This document shows positions 17,613-27,529 of a DNA stretch of 64,000 bases, one piece after another. Location of the stretch: contig NZ_OZ245750.1 of assembly GCF_965227385.1 (NCBI RefSeq), forward strand, positions 3,360,552 through 3,424,551, given 5' to 3'. The position numbers and the translations under genes were made by a program. The notes beneath the pieces were generated by a model. The model worked only from the letters and a program-made list of their open reading frames with translations. It searched no databases and had not been told where the DNA came from. The number at the start of each line of letters is the position of its first letter. Positions within the stretch are counted from its first letter, which is position 1. The DNA comes from Sphingomonas sp. (GTDB lineage Bacteria; Pseudomonadota; Alphaproteobacteria; Sphingomonadales; Sphingomonadaceae).

Positions 17613-19850
17613 TCATTTCGGGGGCGGCGCGTCCTTGCCCATGCGGCGGTCGAGGAAGTCGAGGATCGTGGTCCACAGATGCACGCTGATGCCCGGACCG
17701 GCGACGCGGTGCGTCTGGCCCGGATACAGCATCGTTTCGAACGGCACCGCCGCGCCCTGCATCCTGGCCATCATCACGGTCGAATGCTCCAGCACGACAT
17801 TGTCGTCGGCCATGCCGTGGATGAGCAACAGCGGATCGGTGATCTTGGTCGCATCGGCGACGGTATTCGCCTTGTCATAGGCGGCCTGCACCTGGCGCGG
17901 GTCGCCCATGTAGCGCTCGGTATAATGGGTGTCGTACAGCTCCCACTTGCTGACCGGCGCGCCGGAAATGCCCGCTGCAAACGTGCCGGGGGCGGCCTGG
18001 AGCATCTTGAGCGTCATATAGCCGCCGTACGACCAGCCATAGGTGGCGATGCGGTTGGCATCGACGAAATCGAGCGTCTTGAGATAGGCGGCCCCGGCGA
18101 GCTGATCCTCGACCTCGACCCCGCCCATCGCCTGGTACAGATGATCCTCGAACGCTTTGCCGCGATTAGCCGCGCCGCGATTGTCGAGCACGAACCAGAT
18201 ATAGCCGCGATCGACGAGATATTGCTGGAGCGCACCGCCCCATGCGCGGCTCACCTGCTGCGAATGCGGGCCGCCATAGTGATGGAAGAAGACGGGGTAT
18301 TTCTTGCCCGGCTCCAGCTTCGGCGTGATCATTTCCCAGTGCAGGACGGTGCCGTCGGCTGCCTTGATGGTGCCGAACTGCTTCTGCTGATGGCTGGCGA
18401 GATAGGGCGCATAGGGGTGGTCCCCGGCGACCGTGTTCTCGTTGACCCAGGCGAGCCGCTTGCCCGCGGCGTCGGTCAGCATCACCTGTGCCGGCTGATC
18501 GCTCTTCGAACGGGTGAGGATGATCTTGCTCGCCGTGCCGTTGGCGCTGGCACCGTGCCACCAGCCCGGTTCGGTGATGCGGGTCACGGTGCCGGGCTTA
18601 TTCAAATTCACCGTGTAGAGATGGCGTTCGAGCACGCCGTCCTTGTTGCCGGTGAAGGTGATGCGGCCGCTCGCCTCATCTACGCCGACGATATCGGCGA
18701 CTTCCCAGTCTCCCTTGGTCAGCTGCATCCATTTGCCCGATTTGAAGCGGTAGAGGTGGCCATGGCCGTCGCGTTCCGACCACCAGATCAGGCTGCCGTC
18801 CTTCATCGGGTGATAGGCGTCGGACAGGTTGATCCAGCTGCGTTCGCCCGACTTCTCGCTGAACAGCACGCGCGACGCGCCGGTGGCGGGATCGACCGCG
18901 AGCATGTCGAGCACGGTCTGCGTGCGGTTCTGGCGCTGGACGAGCAGGGTCTTGCCATCGGGCGTCCAGTCGACGCGGGCGAGGTAGATGTCGGTTTCGG
19001 TGCCGAGGTCGACCTTGACCCGGCCCGACCCGTCGGGGTTCATCACGTAGAGGTCGACCAGCACGTTCGCGGTGCCCGCCTTGGGGTAGCGCTGATCGTA
19101 GATCTTGGTGCCCTCCGCCCCGATCGCGGCGCGGCTGACGATGCCGACCGGGCTCTCGTCGAAGCGCTGGACGGCGATGCGCGTGTCGTCGGGCGACCAC
19201 CAGTAACCGGTGCGGCGGCCCATTTCCTCCTGCGCAACGAACTCGGCCTCGCCGAAGTAGACGGTCCCCTTGCCTTCGGTGGTCGCCTTGACCTCCTTGC
19301 CGCTGGTCAGGTCGAGCACGACGAGATTCTGGTCGCGGACGAAGCTGGCAAAGCCGCCGCGCGGGCTGATCACCGGGTTCAACTCGCCGCCTTCGGTGGC
19401 GGTCAGGCGGCGGACCTGGCCGTCGAGCGTGGCGAGGTAGAGGTCGCCGTCGAGGGGCACGAGGATCGACTTACCGTCGGGCGCCCAGTCATAGGCGACG
19501 ATGCCCTTGCTGCCGCCGATGCGCGCACGTTCGCGCTGCATTTTCTCGGCCTCGGACAGTTCGGCGCCGGTGCCGATCTTCGCGCTGTCGACCAGCATGC
19601 GCCATTGCCCGGTGGCGGTGTCCATCGCCCACAGGTCGAAGCGTTGATTGTCGTCGGCGCGGTTGCGCAGCACCGTCACCAGCGTGCCATCGGGCGAAAG
19701 CTTGAGCGCGCGCGGGGTGGTGCCGGCGAGGTCGGGGCTGGCGAACACGCGCTCCAGCGTCAGGTCGCCGCCTGCCACCTGCTGTGCCTCAACCGGCATC
19801 GCCACCCCCGCCGACAACAACGCCATCGCGCCCAACGCCGCTTTCCACAT
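17613..19850 (-). CDS. Dipeptidyl-peptidase IV family (S9B) peptidase
   Basis: FVAQEEM, YPKAG, GWSYGG, HGMADDNV, YPGQTH; signal peptide. Confidence 0.95.
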   Translation of the reverse strand: MWKAALGAMALLSAGVAMPVEAQQVAGGDLTLERVFASPDLAGTTPRALKLSPDGTLVTVLRNRADDNQRFDLWAMDTATGQWRMLVDSAKIGTGAELSEAEKMQRERARIGGSKGIVAYDWAPDGKSILVPLDGDLYLATLDGQVRRLTATEGGELNPVISPRGGFASFVRDQNLVVLDLTSGKEVKATTEGKGTVYFGEAEFVAQEEMGRRTGYWWSPDDTRIAVQRFDESPVGIVSRAAIGAEGTKIYDQRYPKAGTANVLVDLYVMNPDGSGRVKVDLGTETDIYLARVDWTPDGKTLLVQRQNRTQTVLDMLAVDPATGASRVLFSEKSGERSWINLSDAYHPMKDGSLIWWSERDGHGHLYRFKSGKWMQLTKGDWEVADIVGVDEASGRITFTGNKDGVLERHLYTVNLNKPGTVTRITEPGWWHGASANGTASKIILTRSKSDQPAQVMLTDAAGKRLAWVNENTVAGDHPYAPYLASHQQKQFGTIKAADGTVLHWEMITPKLEPGKKYPVFFHHYGGPHSQQVSRAWGGALQQYLVDRGYIWFVLDNRGAANRGKAFEDHLYQAMGGVEVEDQLAGAAYLKTLDFVDANRIATYGWSYGGYMTLKMLQAAPGTFAAGISGAPVSKWELYDTHYTERYMGDPRQVQAAYDKANTVADATKITDPLLLIHGMADDNVVLEHSTVMMARMQGAAVPFETMLYPGQTHRVAGPGISVHLWTTILDFLDRRMGKDAPPPK

Positions 19851-19954
19851 CCTGCAATCCGTTCATGGTTTTCACGATGCCCACGCCTATCGGGCTTCAC
19901 GCGGGCGAGGTAAAGTCCGCCCTCTTAGCCCGGAGGCTGGGCGAATGAATAAAC

Positions 19955-20002
19955 AGAAGAAGACCCTCCCCTTCCCCCCCCCCGCAGGCGGGAGGGGTTC
20001 TT
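19955..20002. repeat. CCCTCCC...CGCAGGCGGGAGGG intergenic hairpin repeat with C10 tract
   Basis: agaagaagaccctccccttcccccccccc gcaggc gggagggg; related to 14008-14069. Confidence 0.6.
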
Positions 20003-20020
20003 AGGAGAGAGCGGGCGGGT

Positions 20021-21658
20021 TCAACTCCGCGCCGCACGCAGCACACACAAGCTGAGCATGCGGTTGGCGATTTCGCGTTCGCCCAGCACCACATCGCCCG
20101 CCCCGCGCGCTTCGAGATGCTCGACTTCGGCGTCCGAATGCGCGCGCGCGACGACGGCGATGCCGGGGTTGAGTTCGCGCGCCGCCTGAACGACCGCGCC
20201 GCCCTCGAACCCCTCGGGGATCGCGATCAGCAGTTTTGCCGCGCGGTCGACCCCGGCGGCCTTCAGCGCTTCGGGATCGACGCCGTTGCCGCGCACCACG
20301 TCGAGGCCCGCGTCCTTGGCGACCTTGGCGACGTCCGCCTGATCCTCGATCAGGATGAACGGGCGCTTCTTTGCCAGCAGGTCGCGCGCGATCAGCTTGC
20401 CGACCCGGCCATAGCCGACCAGCACGATGTGGCCGGTGCGGTCGCCGGTATCCAGCGGCGGCTCGATCGGGTCGGTCTGCTCCTGCCGACGCGGGACGAA
20501 GGCGTTGAAGATGAACGGGTTGGCAAGGATCGACAGCAGCGCGCCCGCCAGCACCAGATCGCGCCCTTCCGGCGGCAGGATCTGCAGCGATACGCCGAGC
20601 CCGACCAGGATGAACGAAAATTCGCCGATCTGGGCAAGGCTGGCAGCGGCCGTCACCGCGATGCGATGCGTGCGGCCCAGCGCGCGGACGATGGCGTAGG
20701 CGACCAGCGACTTGCCGACCACGATGATCAGCACGGTCGCGATCAACGGCAGTGGCTGCTCCACGATCACCGCCGGGTTGAACAACATGCCGACCGACAC
20801 GAAGAACAGCACCGCGAACGCATCGCGCAGCGGCAGCGTCTCTTCGGTCGCCTGACGGCTGAGCGGCGTTTCGCCCAGGATCATGCCGGCGAAGAAGGCG
20901 CCGAGCGCGAAGGACACGTCGAACACAACCGCCGCGCCGAATGCGACGCCGAGTGCGATGGCAAGGACGGCGAGGCGGAACAGTTCGCGGGAACCGGTGT
21001 GGACCACCCAATGCAGCGCCATCGGGATCACGCGGCGCGCGACCAGCAGCATGACGACCAGGAAGCCGGTGACCTTGAACCCGATCTGCGCCAGCGGCAC
21101 CAGCAGCGCGCTCCACGTCATCGGGCCTTCGCTTTTCATGATCTGGGCCAGCACCGGCAGCAGCACCAGCGCGAGGACCATCACCAGATCCTCGACGATC
21201 AGCCACCCGACCGCGATCCGACCGCGTTCGGTATCGACAATGCCGAACCCCTGCAGACCGCGCAGCAGCACCACCGTACTCGCGACCGACAAGGCAAGGC
21301 CGAAGACGAACCCGGCGAGCGGGTCCCAGCCCAGCGTCCAGGACAGGCCCATGCCCATGACCACCGCGGCGGCGATCTGACCGATCGCCCCGGGCACCGC
21401 GATCTTGCGCACCGCGAGCAGGTCGCGGAGCGAGAAATGCAGGCCGACGCCGAACATCAGCAGGATGACGCCGATCTCGGCCAGTTCGGCGGCAAGGTCT
21501 CCGTCGGCGACGAAGCCGGGCGTGAACGGCCCGACCATGATCCCGGCGAGGAGATAGCCCGCGATGGGCGAAACCTTCAGTCTGTGGGCAATCGCCCCCA
21601 TGATGAAGGCGATGACGAGCCCGGCCACGATCGTGGCGATAAGCGGTGTGTGGTGCAT
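20021..21658 (-). CDS. ybaL: CPA2-family cation:proton antiporter with C-terminal TrkA-N/RCK domain
   Basis: MHHTPLIATIV...GPFTPGFVAD...LAEIGVILLMFGVGLHFS; HIVLVGYGRVG RCK motif. Confidence 0.92.
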   Translation of the reverse strand: MHHTPLIATIVAGLVIAFIMGAIAHRLKVSPIAGYLLAGIMVGPFTPGFVADGDLAAELAEIGVILLMFGVGLHFSLRDLLAVRKIAVPGAIGQIAAAVVMGMGLSWTLGWDPLAGFVFGLALSVASTVVLLRGLQGFGIVDTERGRIAVGWLIVEDLVMVLALVLLPVLAQIMKSEGPMTWSALLVPLAQIGFKVTGFLVVMLLVARRVIPMALHWVVHTGSRELFRLAVLAIALGVAFGAAVVFDVSFALGAFFAGMILGETPLSRQATEETLPLRDAFAVLFFVSVGMLFNPAVIVEQPLPLIATVLIIVVGKSLVAYAIVRALGRTHRIAVTAAASLAQIGEFSFILVGLGVSLQILPPEGRDLVLAGALLSILANPFIFNAFVPRRQEQTDPIEPPLDTGDRTGHIVLVGYGRVGKLIARDLLAKKRPFILIEDQADVAKVAKDAGLDVVRGNGVDPEALKAAGVDRAAKLLIAIPEGFEGGAVVQAARELNPGIAVVARAHSDAEVEHLEARGAGDVVLGEREIANRMLSLCVLRAARS

Positions 21659-21716
21659 AGGCTGGCAGCTGTCCCGGTTGTGGCCCGGACCGTAACGTAC
21701 GGCCCGGGCAGTGCGT

Positions 21717-21830
21717 TCAGCCGCTGGTGCCGCCGATCACGAGCGCCGCGGCCGCCGTGCTGGCCGCCACTCCACTCCAGACGATCGGCGCAAACCACCA
21801 GGGCTGCCGTTTGTCGTGCGCATTGTTCAT
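21717..21830 (-). CDS. Small hydrophobic ORF (37 aa) upstream of ybaL
   Basis: MNNAHDKRQPWWFAPIVWSGVAASTAAAALVIGGTSG*; AGGAG RBS; hand-translated. Confidence 0.5.
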   Translation of the reverse strand: MNNAHDKRQPWWFAPIVWSGVAASTAAAALVIGGTSG

Positions 21831-21872
21831 GACATCGCTCCTGAAACCGCGCCGAAGCGCGAACGGGGAATG

Positions 21873-22265
21873 TCAGACGACGGGCGGCGCGCGCGGGCTG
21901 CCGACGCGCGGCGGGTGGGACGGGCTGATGGGGACAGCGACGACGCCGGACGGTCGTGCGTCAATCGCATCGACGGCGGGGGAGATCAGCGCCGTTTCTG
22001 GGCTGGAAAGCGTGGCACTGCCGACTCCGACGACCGGATCAGGATCCGGGCGAACATCGGGTGCGACGATCCGCGGCGACGCGCGCAGCGGGCGAAGCGC
22101 ATCGACCGTGGTTGCAGGGTTGAAGGCCGAGCCGAACGCCATGGTGCGCGGCAGGCCGCTACTGAGCAGCGACGAGGCCAGTGCGACAATCAGCGCAATC
22201 CACAGCGCCGCAGCCCGGAGGAATCGAGCGTCTAGAGCGGCGAAGGCGGCGGAGCGGGCGGTCAC
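21873..22265 (-). CDS. Membrane-anchored leader-type ORF ending in RAPP (candidate arrest peptide)
   Basis: N-terminal TM (FLRAAALWIALIVALASSLL), Pro-rich spacer, C-terminus ...GSPRAPPVV*. Confidence 0.6.
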   Translation of the reverse strand: MTARSAAFAALDARFLRAAALWIALIVALASSLLSSGLPRTMAFGSAFNPATTVDALRPLRASPRIVAPDVRPDPDPVVGVGSATLSSPETALISPAVDAIDARPSGVVAVPISPSHPPRVGSPRAPPVV

Positions 22266-22301
22266 CCGATCAACTTAGTGTCGCCCGGCCCGGAATCAAA
22301 C

Positions 22302-22330
22302 GGGGCGCGGAAGCTTTCGCTCCGCGCCCC
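22302..22330 (-). terminator. Likely terminator hairpin after rplS
   Basis: ggggcgcgga...tccgcgcccc stem, GAAA loop on the minus strand, followed by GTTTGATT. Confidence 0.55.
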
Positions 22331-22354
22331 ACGCTTGTTGCTGCCGAGGGCCGA

Positions 22355-22747
22355 TTATTCGGCGGCTTCGGTGGTCTTGGCCGGACGCGGGTCGCGGCGC
22401 TCGGCGATACGTGCCGACTTGCCGGTACGACCGCGCAGATAATAGAGCTTCGCACGACGCACGACGCCGCGACGGACGACTTCGATGCTGTCGATGTTCG
22501 GCGAATAGAGCGGGAAGACGCGCTCGACGCCTTCACCGAACGAAATCTTGCGGACGGTGAAGTTGCTGCCCATGCCCTTGTTGGCGCGGGCGATGCAGAC
22601 GCCTTCATAGGCCTGAACGCGGGTGCGCTCGCCTTCGACGACCTTCACGCCAACGCGGACGGTGTCGCCGGGGCGGAATTCGGGGATCTTCTTGTCGGCG
22701 GAGAACTTCGCGACGTTCTCGGCCTCGATCTGCTGGAGCAGGTTCAT
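22355..22747 (-). CDS. rplS: 50S ribosomal protein L19
   Basis: [33 protein letters not shown]; start at MNLLQQ. Confidence 0.99.
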   Translation of the reverse strand: MNLLQQIEAENVAKFSADKKIPEFRPGDTVRVGVKVVEGERTRVQAYEGVCIARANKGMGSNFTVRKISFGEGVERVFPLYSPNIDSIEVVRRGVVRRAKLYYLRGRTGKSARIAERRDPRPAKTTEAAE

Positions 22748-22752
22748 GGCTC

Positions 22753-23478
22753 TCATTCCTTTTCGCGCCGCGCACCAGAGGGAGACTGGACCCGAGCGCC
22801 CTCATGGCGCTCCCAAAGATCCGGCCTCCTTAGCCGTGTATCGGTCTCCGCCTGTTGCTTGCGCCAGGCGTTGATCCGCGCATGATCCCCCGATCGCAGC
22901 ACTTCGGGGATCGTGCGCCCTTCCCATTCGACGGGTCGGGTGTACTGCGGATATTCAAGGAGGCCGCTTTCGAAGCTTTCCTCGACTCCGCTGGAAGGCG
23001 CGCCCATTACGCCGGGAAGCAGCCGAATGCAAGCGTCGAGCAGCACCAGCGCGCCCATCTCGCCGCCCGACAGCACATAGTCGCCGATCGACACCTGTTC
23101 GATGGGGCGGGCGTCGAACAGCCGCTCGTCAAACCCCTCAAACCGGCCGCACAGGATCGACACGCCGGAACCGGCGGCGAGCGCGCGCACCCGGTCCTGC
23201 GTCAGCGGCGCGCCGCGCGGGGTCATCGCCAGCATCGGGCGGTCGTAACCGACGCTGTCACATGCGGCAGCGAGGATATCAGGCTTGAGCACCATCCCCG
23301 CACCGCCCCCGGCTGGCGTATCGTCCACCGTGCGGTGCCTGTCGGTCGCGAAGTCGCGGATCTGGACGGTGTCGAGGCTCCATTTCCCCTCGCTCAGCGC
23401 GCGCCCGGCGATCGAATGGCCTAGCGGCCCGGGAAACATGTCCGGGTAAAGCGTTAAGACGGTCGCGGCGAAGGTCAT
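22753..23478 (-). CDS. trmD: tRNA (guanine-37-N1)-methyltransferase
   Basis: [49 protein letters not shown]. Confidence 0.99.
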   Translation of the reverse strand: MTFAATVLTLYPDMFPGPLGHSIAGRALSEGKWSLDTVQIRDFATDRHRTVDDTPAGGGAGMVLKPDILAAACDSVGYDRPMLAMTPRGAPLTQDRVRALAAGSGVSILCGRFEGFDERLFDARPIEQVSIGDYVLSGGEMGALVLLDACIRLLPGVMGAPSSGVEESFESGLLEYPQYTRPVEWEGRTIPEVLRSGDHARINAWRKQQAETDTRLRRPDLWERHEGARVQSPSGARREKE

Positions 23479-23522
23479 GGTGCCTGTTCGCCGCTGACGC
23501 CACGATTGGCAAGGGAGCGGGC

Positions 23523-24431
23523 ATGGAAGATTGCATCATAGTCGGCGCGGGGCCGGCCGGATTGACGGCGGCGATCTATCTGGCGCGCTATCACCTGTCG
23601 ATCCGGCTGTTCGATTGCGGGTCGAGCCGGGCGGCGCTGATCCCGCGCACGCACAATCATGCCGGCTATCCTGAGGGGATCGAAGGCGTCGAGCTGCTGC
23701 GGCGGATGCTGGCGCAGGCCGAGCTGTATGGCGCGGTGCGTGAGGCGGCGAAGGTGACGCGGGTCGAGCCGGTCGCGGACGGCTTTATCGTCCATGCGGG
23801 CGAGCGGCGGGTGGCGACACGCTCGGTGCTGCTAGCGACAGGCGTGGTCAACCATCGGCCCGAGGGGCTGGAGGATGCGGTGCATGATCCAGCACTGGCG
23901 CGCGGACTGCTGCGTTACTGCCCCGTTTGCGATGGGTATGAGGTGACCGACAAGCGCGTCGGCGTGATCGGGACTGGAGACCATGGGATGCGCGAGGCGC
24001 TGTTCCTGCGCGGCTTTACCCGCGACGTGACGCTGATCGCGCCGGATGTGGAGCATCGGCTGGATGCGGCGTGTGTCGCCAAGCTGGAGGAAGCGGGGAT
24101 CGCGCGAGTCGACGGGCCATGCGGGGGCTATGCGATCGAAGGCGACCGGATTGCGCTGGATACCGCGCATGGGCGGATGGCGTTCGACAGCCTCTACCCG
24201 GCGCTGGGGTCGCGCATCCGATCCGACCTGGCGGTAGCGGCGGGCGCGGCGGCGACGGCGGAGGGCTGCCTTGAGGTCGACGACCACCAGCGCACCAGCA
24301 TCCCCGGCCTGTTCGCGGCGGGTGACGTGGTGAAGGGGCTGGACCAGATCAGCAACGCGATGGGTCAGGCGGGCGTGGCGTCGACGACGATCCGGAACAT
24401 GCTGAGCGAGCAGCGGCGGATCTGGCGGTAG
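23523..24431 (+). CDS. TrxB-like NAD(P)/FAD-dependent oxidoreductase
   Basis: [23 protein letters not shown]. Confidence 0.88.
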   Translation: MEDCIIVGAGPAGLTAAIYLARYHLSIRLFDCGSSRAALIPRTHNHAGYPEGIEGVELLRRMLAQAELYGAVREAAKVTRVEPVADGFIVHAGERRVATRSVLLATGVVNHRPEGLEDAVHDPALARGLLRYCPVCDGYEVTDKRVGVIGTGDHGMREALFLRGFTRDVTLIAPDVEHRLDAACVAKLEEAGIARVDGPCGGYAIEGDRIALDTAHGRMAFDSLYPALGSRIRSDLAVAAGAAATAEGCLEVDDHQRTSIPGLFAAGDVVKGLDQISNAMGQAGVASTTIRNMLSEQRRIWR

Positions 24432-24454
24432 CAGCCTGCGCAGTTGGCTCGACC

Positions 24455-24975
24455 TCAGCGACGTCTCCTGCCCCTGCAAATTCGCAAGGCACCCGCCAGA
24501 CAAATAGTCATCCCGAATGCACCGAGCAGGCAATCTCCAGCACGACTGCCTGTCAGGTAGTAGGCACTCTCACCGAATGGCATCGTCGTCGCGCCCGACC
24601 ACGAGGCGTAGTACTCCATCCACTCCCCTCGCCAGAGGCCCAGAACATAGCCGCCTTCCGGGGGCTGGCCCAATTCGGATGTGGCCTCTTCAAAATGCCG
24701 ATCCCCTGGTTCGATGATATATGGCCCATCGATCGACAAGTGCTGAGCAGTTTCGTCCTGATCCGGTAAGCGCCCGCGCTGCGCACGAAATCTGTCAACG
24801 ACCCGAGCAGCTTGTTTGAATTCAGCCTCCAGTTGGCGGCTATGCTCAATGGTATGGGTAACCATGCCTTCGCCACCCACGGACAGAAACAGAATCCCCC
24901 AAAAAAGAGGACCAGCGGCCAAAGCAATACGGCCCCAAGGCCGAAAAACGTGACTTCCATGGACCGTTTGGTCAT
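24455..24975 (-). pseudogene. Hypothetical membrane-anchored protein, probably frameshifted at a T6G5 run
   Basis: The ATG 24975 frame (RBS AAGGGG, hydrophobic FFGLGAVLLWPLVLFF) joins the 24455-24922 frame if one base is added at 24896-24906. Region is visibly more AT-rich than its flanks. Confidence 0.45.
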
Positions 24976-25115
24976 CTCATGCCCCTTCTATCGGAAGGGC
25001 AAACCTAATTCCGAGGTGATGAGCGGCATGAGCGAACCGTGAGGAATCAGTGAAATCGGCGAGGACGAATGTCCGCGACGGGATCGTCTGCCAATCCGCT
25101 TCTGTAACCCGTCCG

Positions 25116-26612
25116 TCAATCCGGCCGCGGATAGAACCGCAGCGCCTGGATCGCTGGTGGGTTGGTCGGGGCCAGCAGGATCTGGCCGTCGACCTTCCCC
25201 TTGGCGCAATTCCAACGAAAACTGGTCGACAGGTTGCCGGTCGGGGCGAGCGGTTCGGCGGTGGGGCAGTCGCCGACCAGCCCCTTGATCCGCGCGAATT
25301 CCGTCCGCCAGTGCGCGGCGTCGCGGTCCATCACGAAGTTCATCGCGAGCTTGCCGTCGAGCGGCTTGAGGTCGCCCGCCGCATAGGCGGCGCGGACGGC
25401 GTCGTGCATTTGCATGAGTAGCGGGTTGAGCGGGGTCGCGCGCGGATCGGCCGCCCCTGACCGCGCCAGCGACCACAACGACTGCCACACCGGCACGGCG
25501 GGGGCGGTATAGGTCTTGTTGGTGAAGGCGAAAGCGGCGATCCCGCGCTCCGGCACCAGTACGACATAGCTGCCATAGCCGGGGTAACCGCCGCCATGTT
25601 CGAGCGCGGTGCCGAGGTCGCAGTCGCTGGTGATGCGCAGGCCCATGCCATAGGCGGTGCCGTGCTTGCACGTATCCCCCTCCGGCGCGCCGCGACGCGG
25701 GCCGACGCGGACGAAGTTGAGGCCCTGGACCATCTCGCGCACCGTGGCCCGCTTGACCGGGCCGGTTTCGGCGACATCACGCGGGGGCCATGCGGAGAGC
25801 AGGAAGCCGACCCACTTGGCATAGTCATTGGCGGTGGTGATCATGCCGCCCATCGCCCCGAACGCACCGTCGCGCATTTCCGGCTCGGCCACCCACTTCT
25901 CATCCTCCCAGCGATAGCCGAGCGCGAACTTGTCGCGCGGCACCAGTGCGATGTCGTAGGTGGTCGCGGTCATGCCGAGCGGCTCTAGGATCGTACGCCC
26001 GATATAGGCCTGGTAGGGCTCGCCCGAGATGTTGGTGATGATGCGGCCGAGCAGCGCATAGCCATAGTTGGAATATTCGTGTGCCATGCCGCCGGTGCGG
26101 CTCCACGGCACGCCCTGCGCGATCATCGCGCTGAACTCCGCCTCGCTCAGCACCTGTTGCCGGTCGCCCCAGGGATCGTCGGTGACCATGCCGCCGACAT
26201 GCGCCAGCAGGTCGCGGATGCGGATGCGCGGGCTGTCGGTGGTCGGGTATTTCCAGCCGCGCATTTCGGGGATGTGCTGTTCGGCAAGGTCGTCGAGACG
26301 CAGCTTGCCCGCGTCGCGCAGGTGCAGGATCGCGAGCGCGGTGAACGCCTTGCTCATCGACGCGATGCGGAAGCGGGTGTCGAGCGTGACCGGCGCGCCG
26401 CCGGAGGTCTGCGTCCCGACCATAGAGGAGACCGCAGGCTTGCCGTCCTTGATGACCATATAGACCATGCCGGGGGTCGGGTTCTGCGCGCGATACTTGG
26501 CGAAATGGTCGCCGATCTCGGTCACCTGAGCGGGCGGGATATGGCCCGGCGGCGTCTGGGCGAGCGCGGGCAGCGGGGCGAACGCGAGGGCGGCGGCGAG
26601 GCGGAGCTTCAT
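25116..26612 (-). CDS. Exported serine hydrolase, beta-lactamase/AmpC-like (S12) family
   Basis: ASMSK (SxxK), YSN, HGGGYPG; signal peptide MKLRLAAALAFAPLPALA. Confidence 0.9.
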   Translation of the reverse strand: MKLRLAAALAFAPLPALAQTPPGHIPPAQVTEIGDHFAKYRAQNPTPGMVYMVIKDGKPAVSSMVGTQTSGGAPVTLDTRFRIASMSKAFTALAILHLRDAGKLRLDDLAEQHIPEMRGWKYPTTDSPRIRIRDLLAHVGGMVTDDPWGDRQQVLSEAEFSAMIAQGVPWSRTGGMAHEYSNYGYALLGRIITNISGEPYQAYIGRTILEPLGMTATTYDIALVPRDKFALGYRWEDEKWVAEPEMRDGAFGAMGGMITTANDYAKWVGFLLSAWPPRDVAETGPVKRATVREMVQGLNFVRVGPRRGAPEGDTCKHGTAYGMGLRITSDCDLGTALEHGGGYPGYGSYVVLVPERGIAAFAFTNKTYTAPAVPVWQSLWSLARSGAADPRATPLNPLLMQMHDAVRAAYAAGDLKPLDGKLAMNFVMDRDAAHWRTEFARIKGLVGDCPTAEPLAPTGNLSTSFRWNCAKGKVDGQILLAPTNPPAIQALRFYPRPD

Positions 26613-26661
26613 GGCGCGCAACCAATCAGAATTCCGCCCCGCACGCAAACCCCCGCGCGCG

Positions 26662-27162
26662 TTATGCCGCGAGGTAGCTGTCGAGCTTGTCGAAGCTACC
26701 GCTCCAGCCGCCGGTCATCGATTCCATCGCGGCGACGAAGCTTGCCGCCTGCTCCGCCGTCGGATTGATCGCAATCCAGCGCAGGGTGATGCGCGTGCCG
26801 TCCGCGACCGCCTCGAACCGGATATCGGTGCGCAGCGTGGCGGGCCAGGCGTCGAAGAACGGGCATGGCACGATATTGCCATCGGCATCAGCGAAGCTCT
26901 GGTCATAGACGAGGTGGTCGGGGCGATCGACCGTGCGATAGTCGCACAGCGTGTGCAGGACGCTGCCATCCGCCGCGTCGGAGCGGGCGTGGAGTTGCGC
27001 TCCGCTGGCGATCGTGCCGCTGAGCACGGTCACCTGCGTCCCCTCCGGCCCCGACCAGCGCGCCATTTGCACTGGATCGGCCCAGGCGTCGAACACGCGG
27101 TCGATCGGGGCGGCGAAGGTGCGCTGGATGGTGAATTCGGGGGTCACGGCGGCGTCGGTCAT
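26662..27162 (-). CDS. SRPBCC/AHSA1-domain protein
   Basis: RTFAAPIDRVFDAW, GGWSGSFDKL; coupled to the ArsR gene. Confidence 0.88.
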   Translation of the reverse strand: MTDAAVTPEFTIQRTFAAPIDRVFDAWADPVQMARWSGPEGTQVTVLSGTIASGAQLHARSDAADGSVLHTLCDYRTVDRPDHLVYDQSFADADGNIVPCPFFDAWPATLRTDIRFEAVADGTRITLRWIAINPTAEQAASFVAAMESMTGGWSGSFDKLDSYLAA

Positions 27163-27497
27163 GCGGGCTCTCCTGTGTTGAGCGTGGCGAGATAGGCGTC
27201 GAGGCGGTCGAACTTCGCATCCCAGTCGGCACCGAGCCGGTCGAGCCAGTCGGCGGGGAGCGCGAGCGCGGCGCGGTTGAGGCGGCGCGGGCGCGACTGT
27301 CCGGCGGTGGCGGTTTCGACGAAGCCGGCGCGCTCCAGCACCTTGAGGTGCTTGGAAATGGCGGGCTGGCTCACCGCAAAGGGCGCGGCGAGTTCGGATA
27401 CCGTGGCCTCCCCCTTTGCCAGCCGTGCGAGGATTGCGCGGCGGGTGGGGTCAGCCAGGGCAGCGAAGGCAAGATCGAGCGACTCATCCATAGCCAT
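27159..27497 (-). CDS. ArsR/SmtB-family transcriptional regulator
   Basis: FAALADPTRRAILARL, SQPAISKHLKVLERAG. Confidence 0.92.
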   Translation of the reverse strand: MAMDESLDLAFAALADPTRRAILARLAKGEATVSELAAPFAVSQPAISKHLKVLERAGFVETATAGQSRPRRLNRAALALPADWLDRLGADWDAKFDRLDAYLATLNTGEPA

Positions 27498-27529
27498 ATG
27501 GATATATAACTATACGGATATGTAAAGCA

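Noticed and set aside
25116-26612. Calling the serine hydrolase an antibiotic-resistance beta-lactamase
   Set aside because: SxxK/YxN motifs are shared by many S12 peptidases and esterases; the third motif is HGG rather than KTG, and nothing else supports a resistance role.
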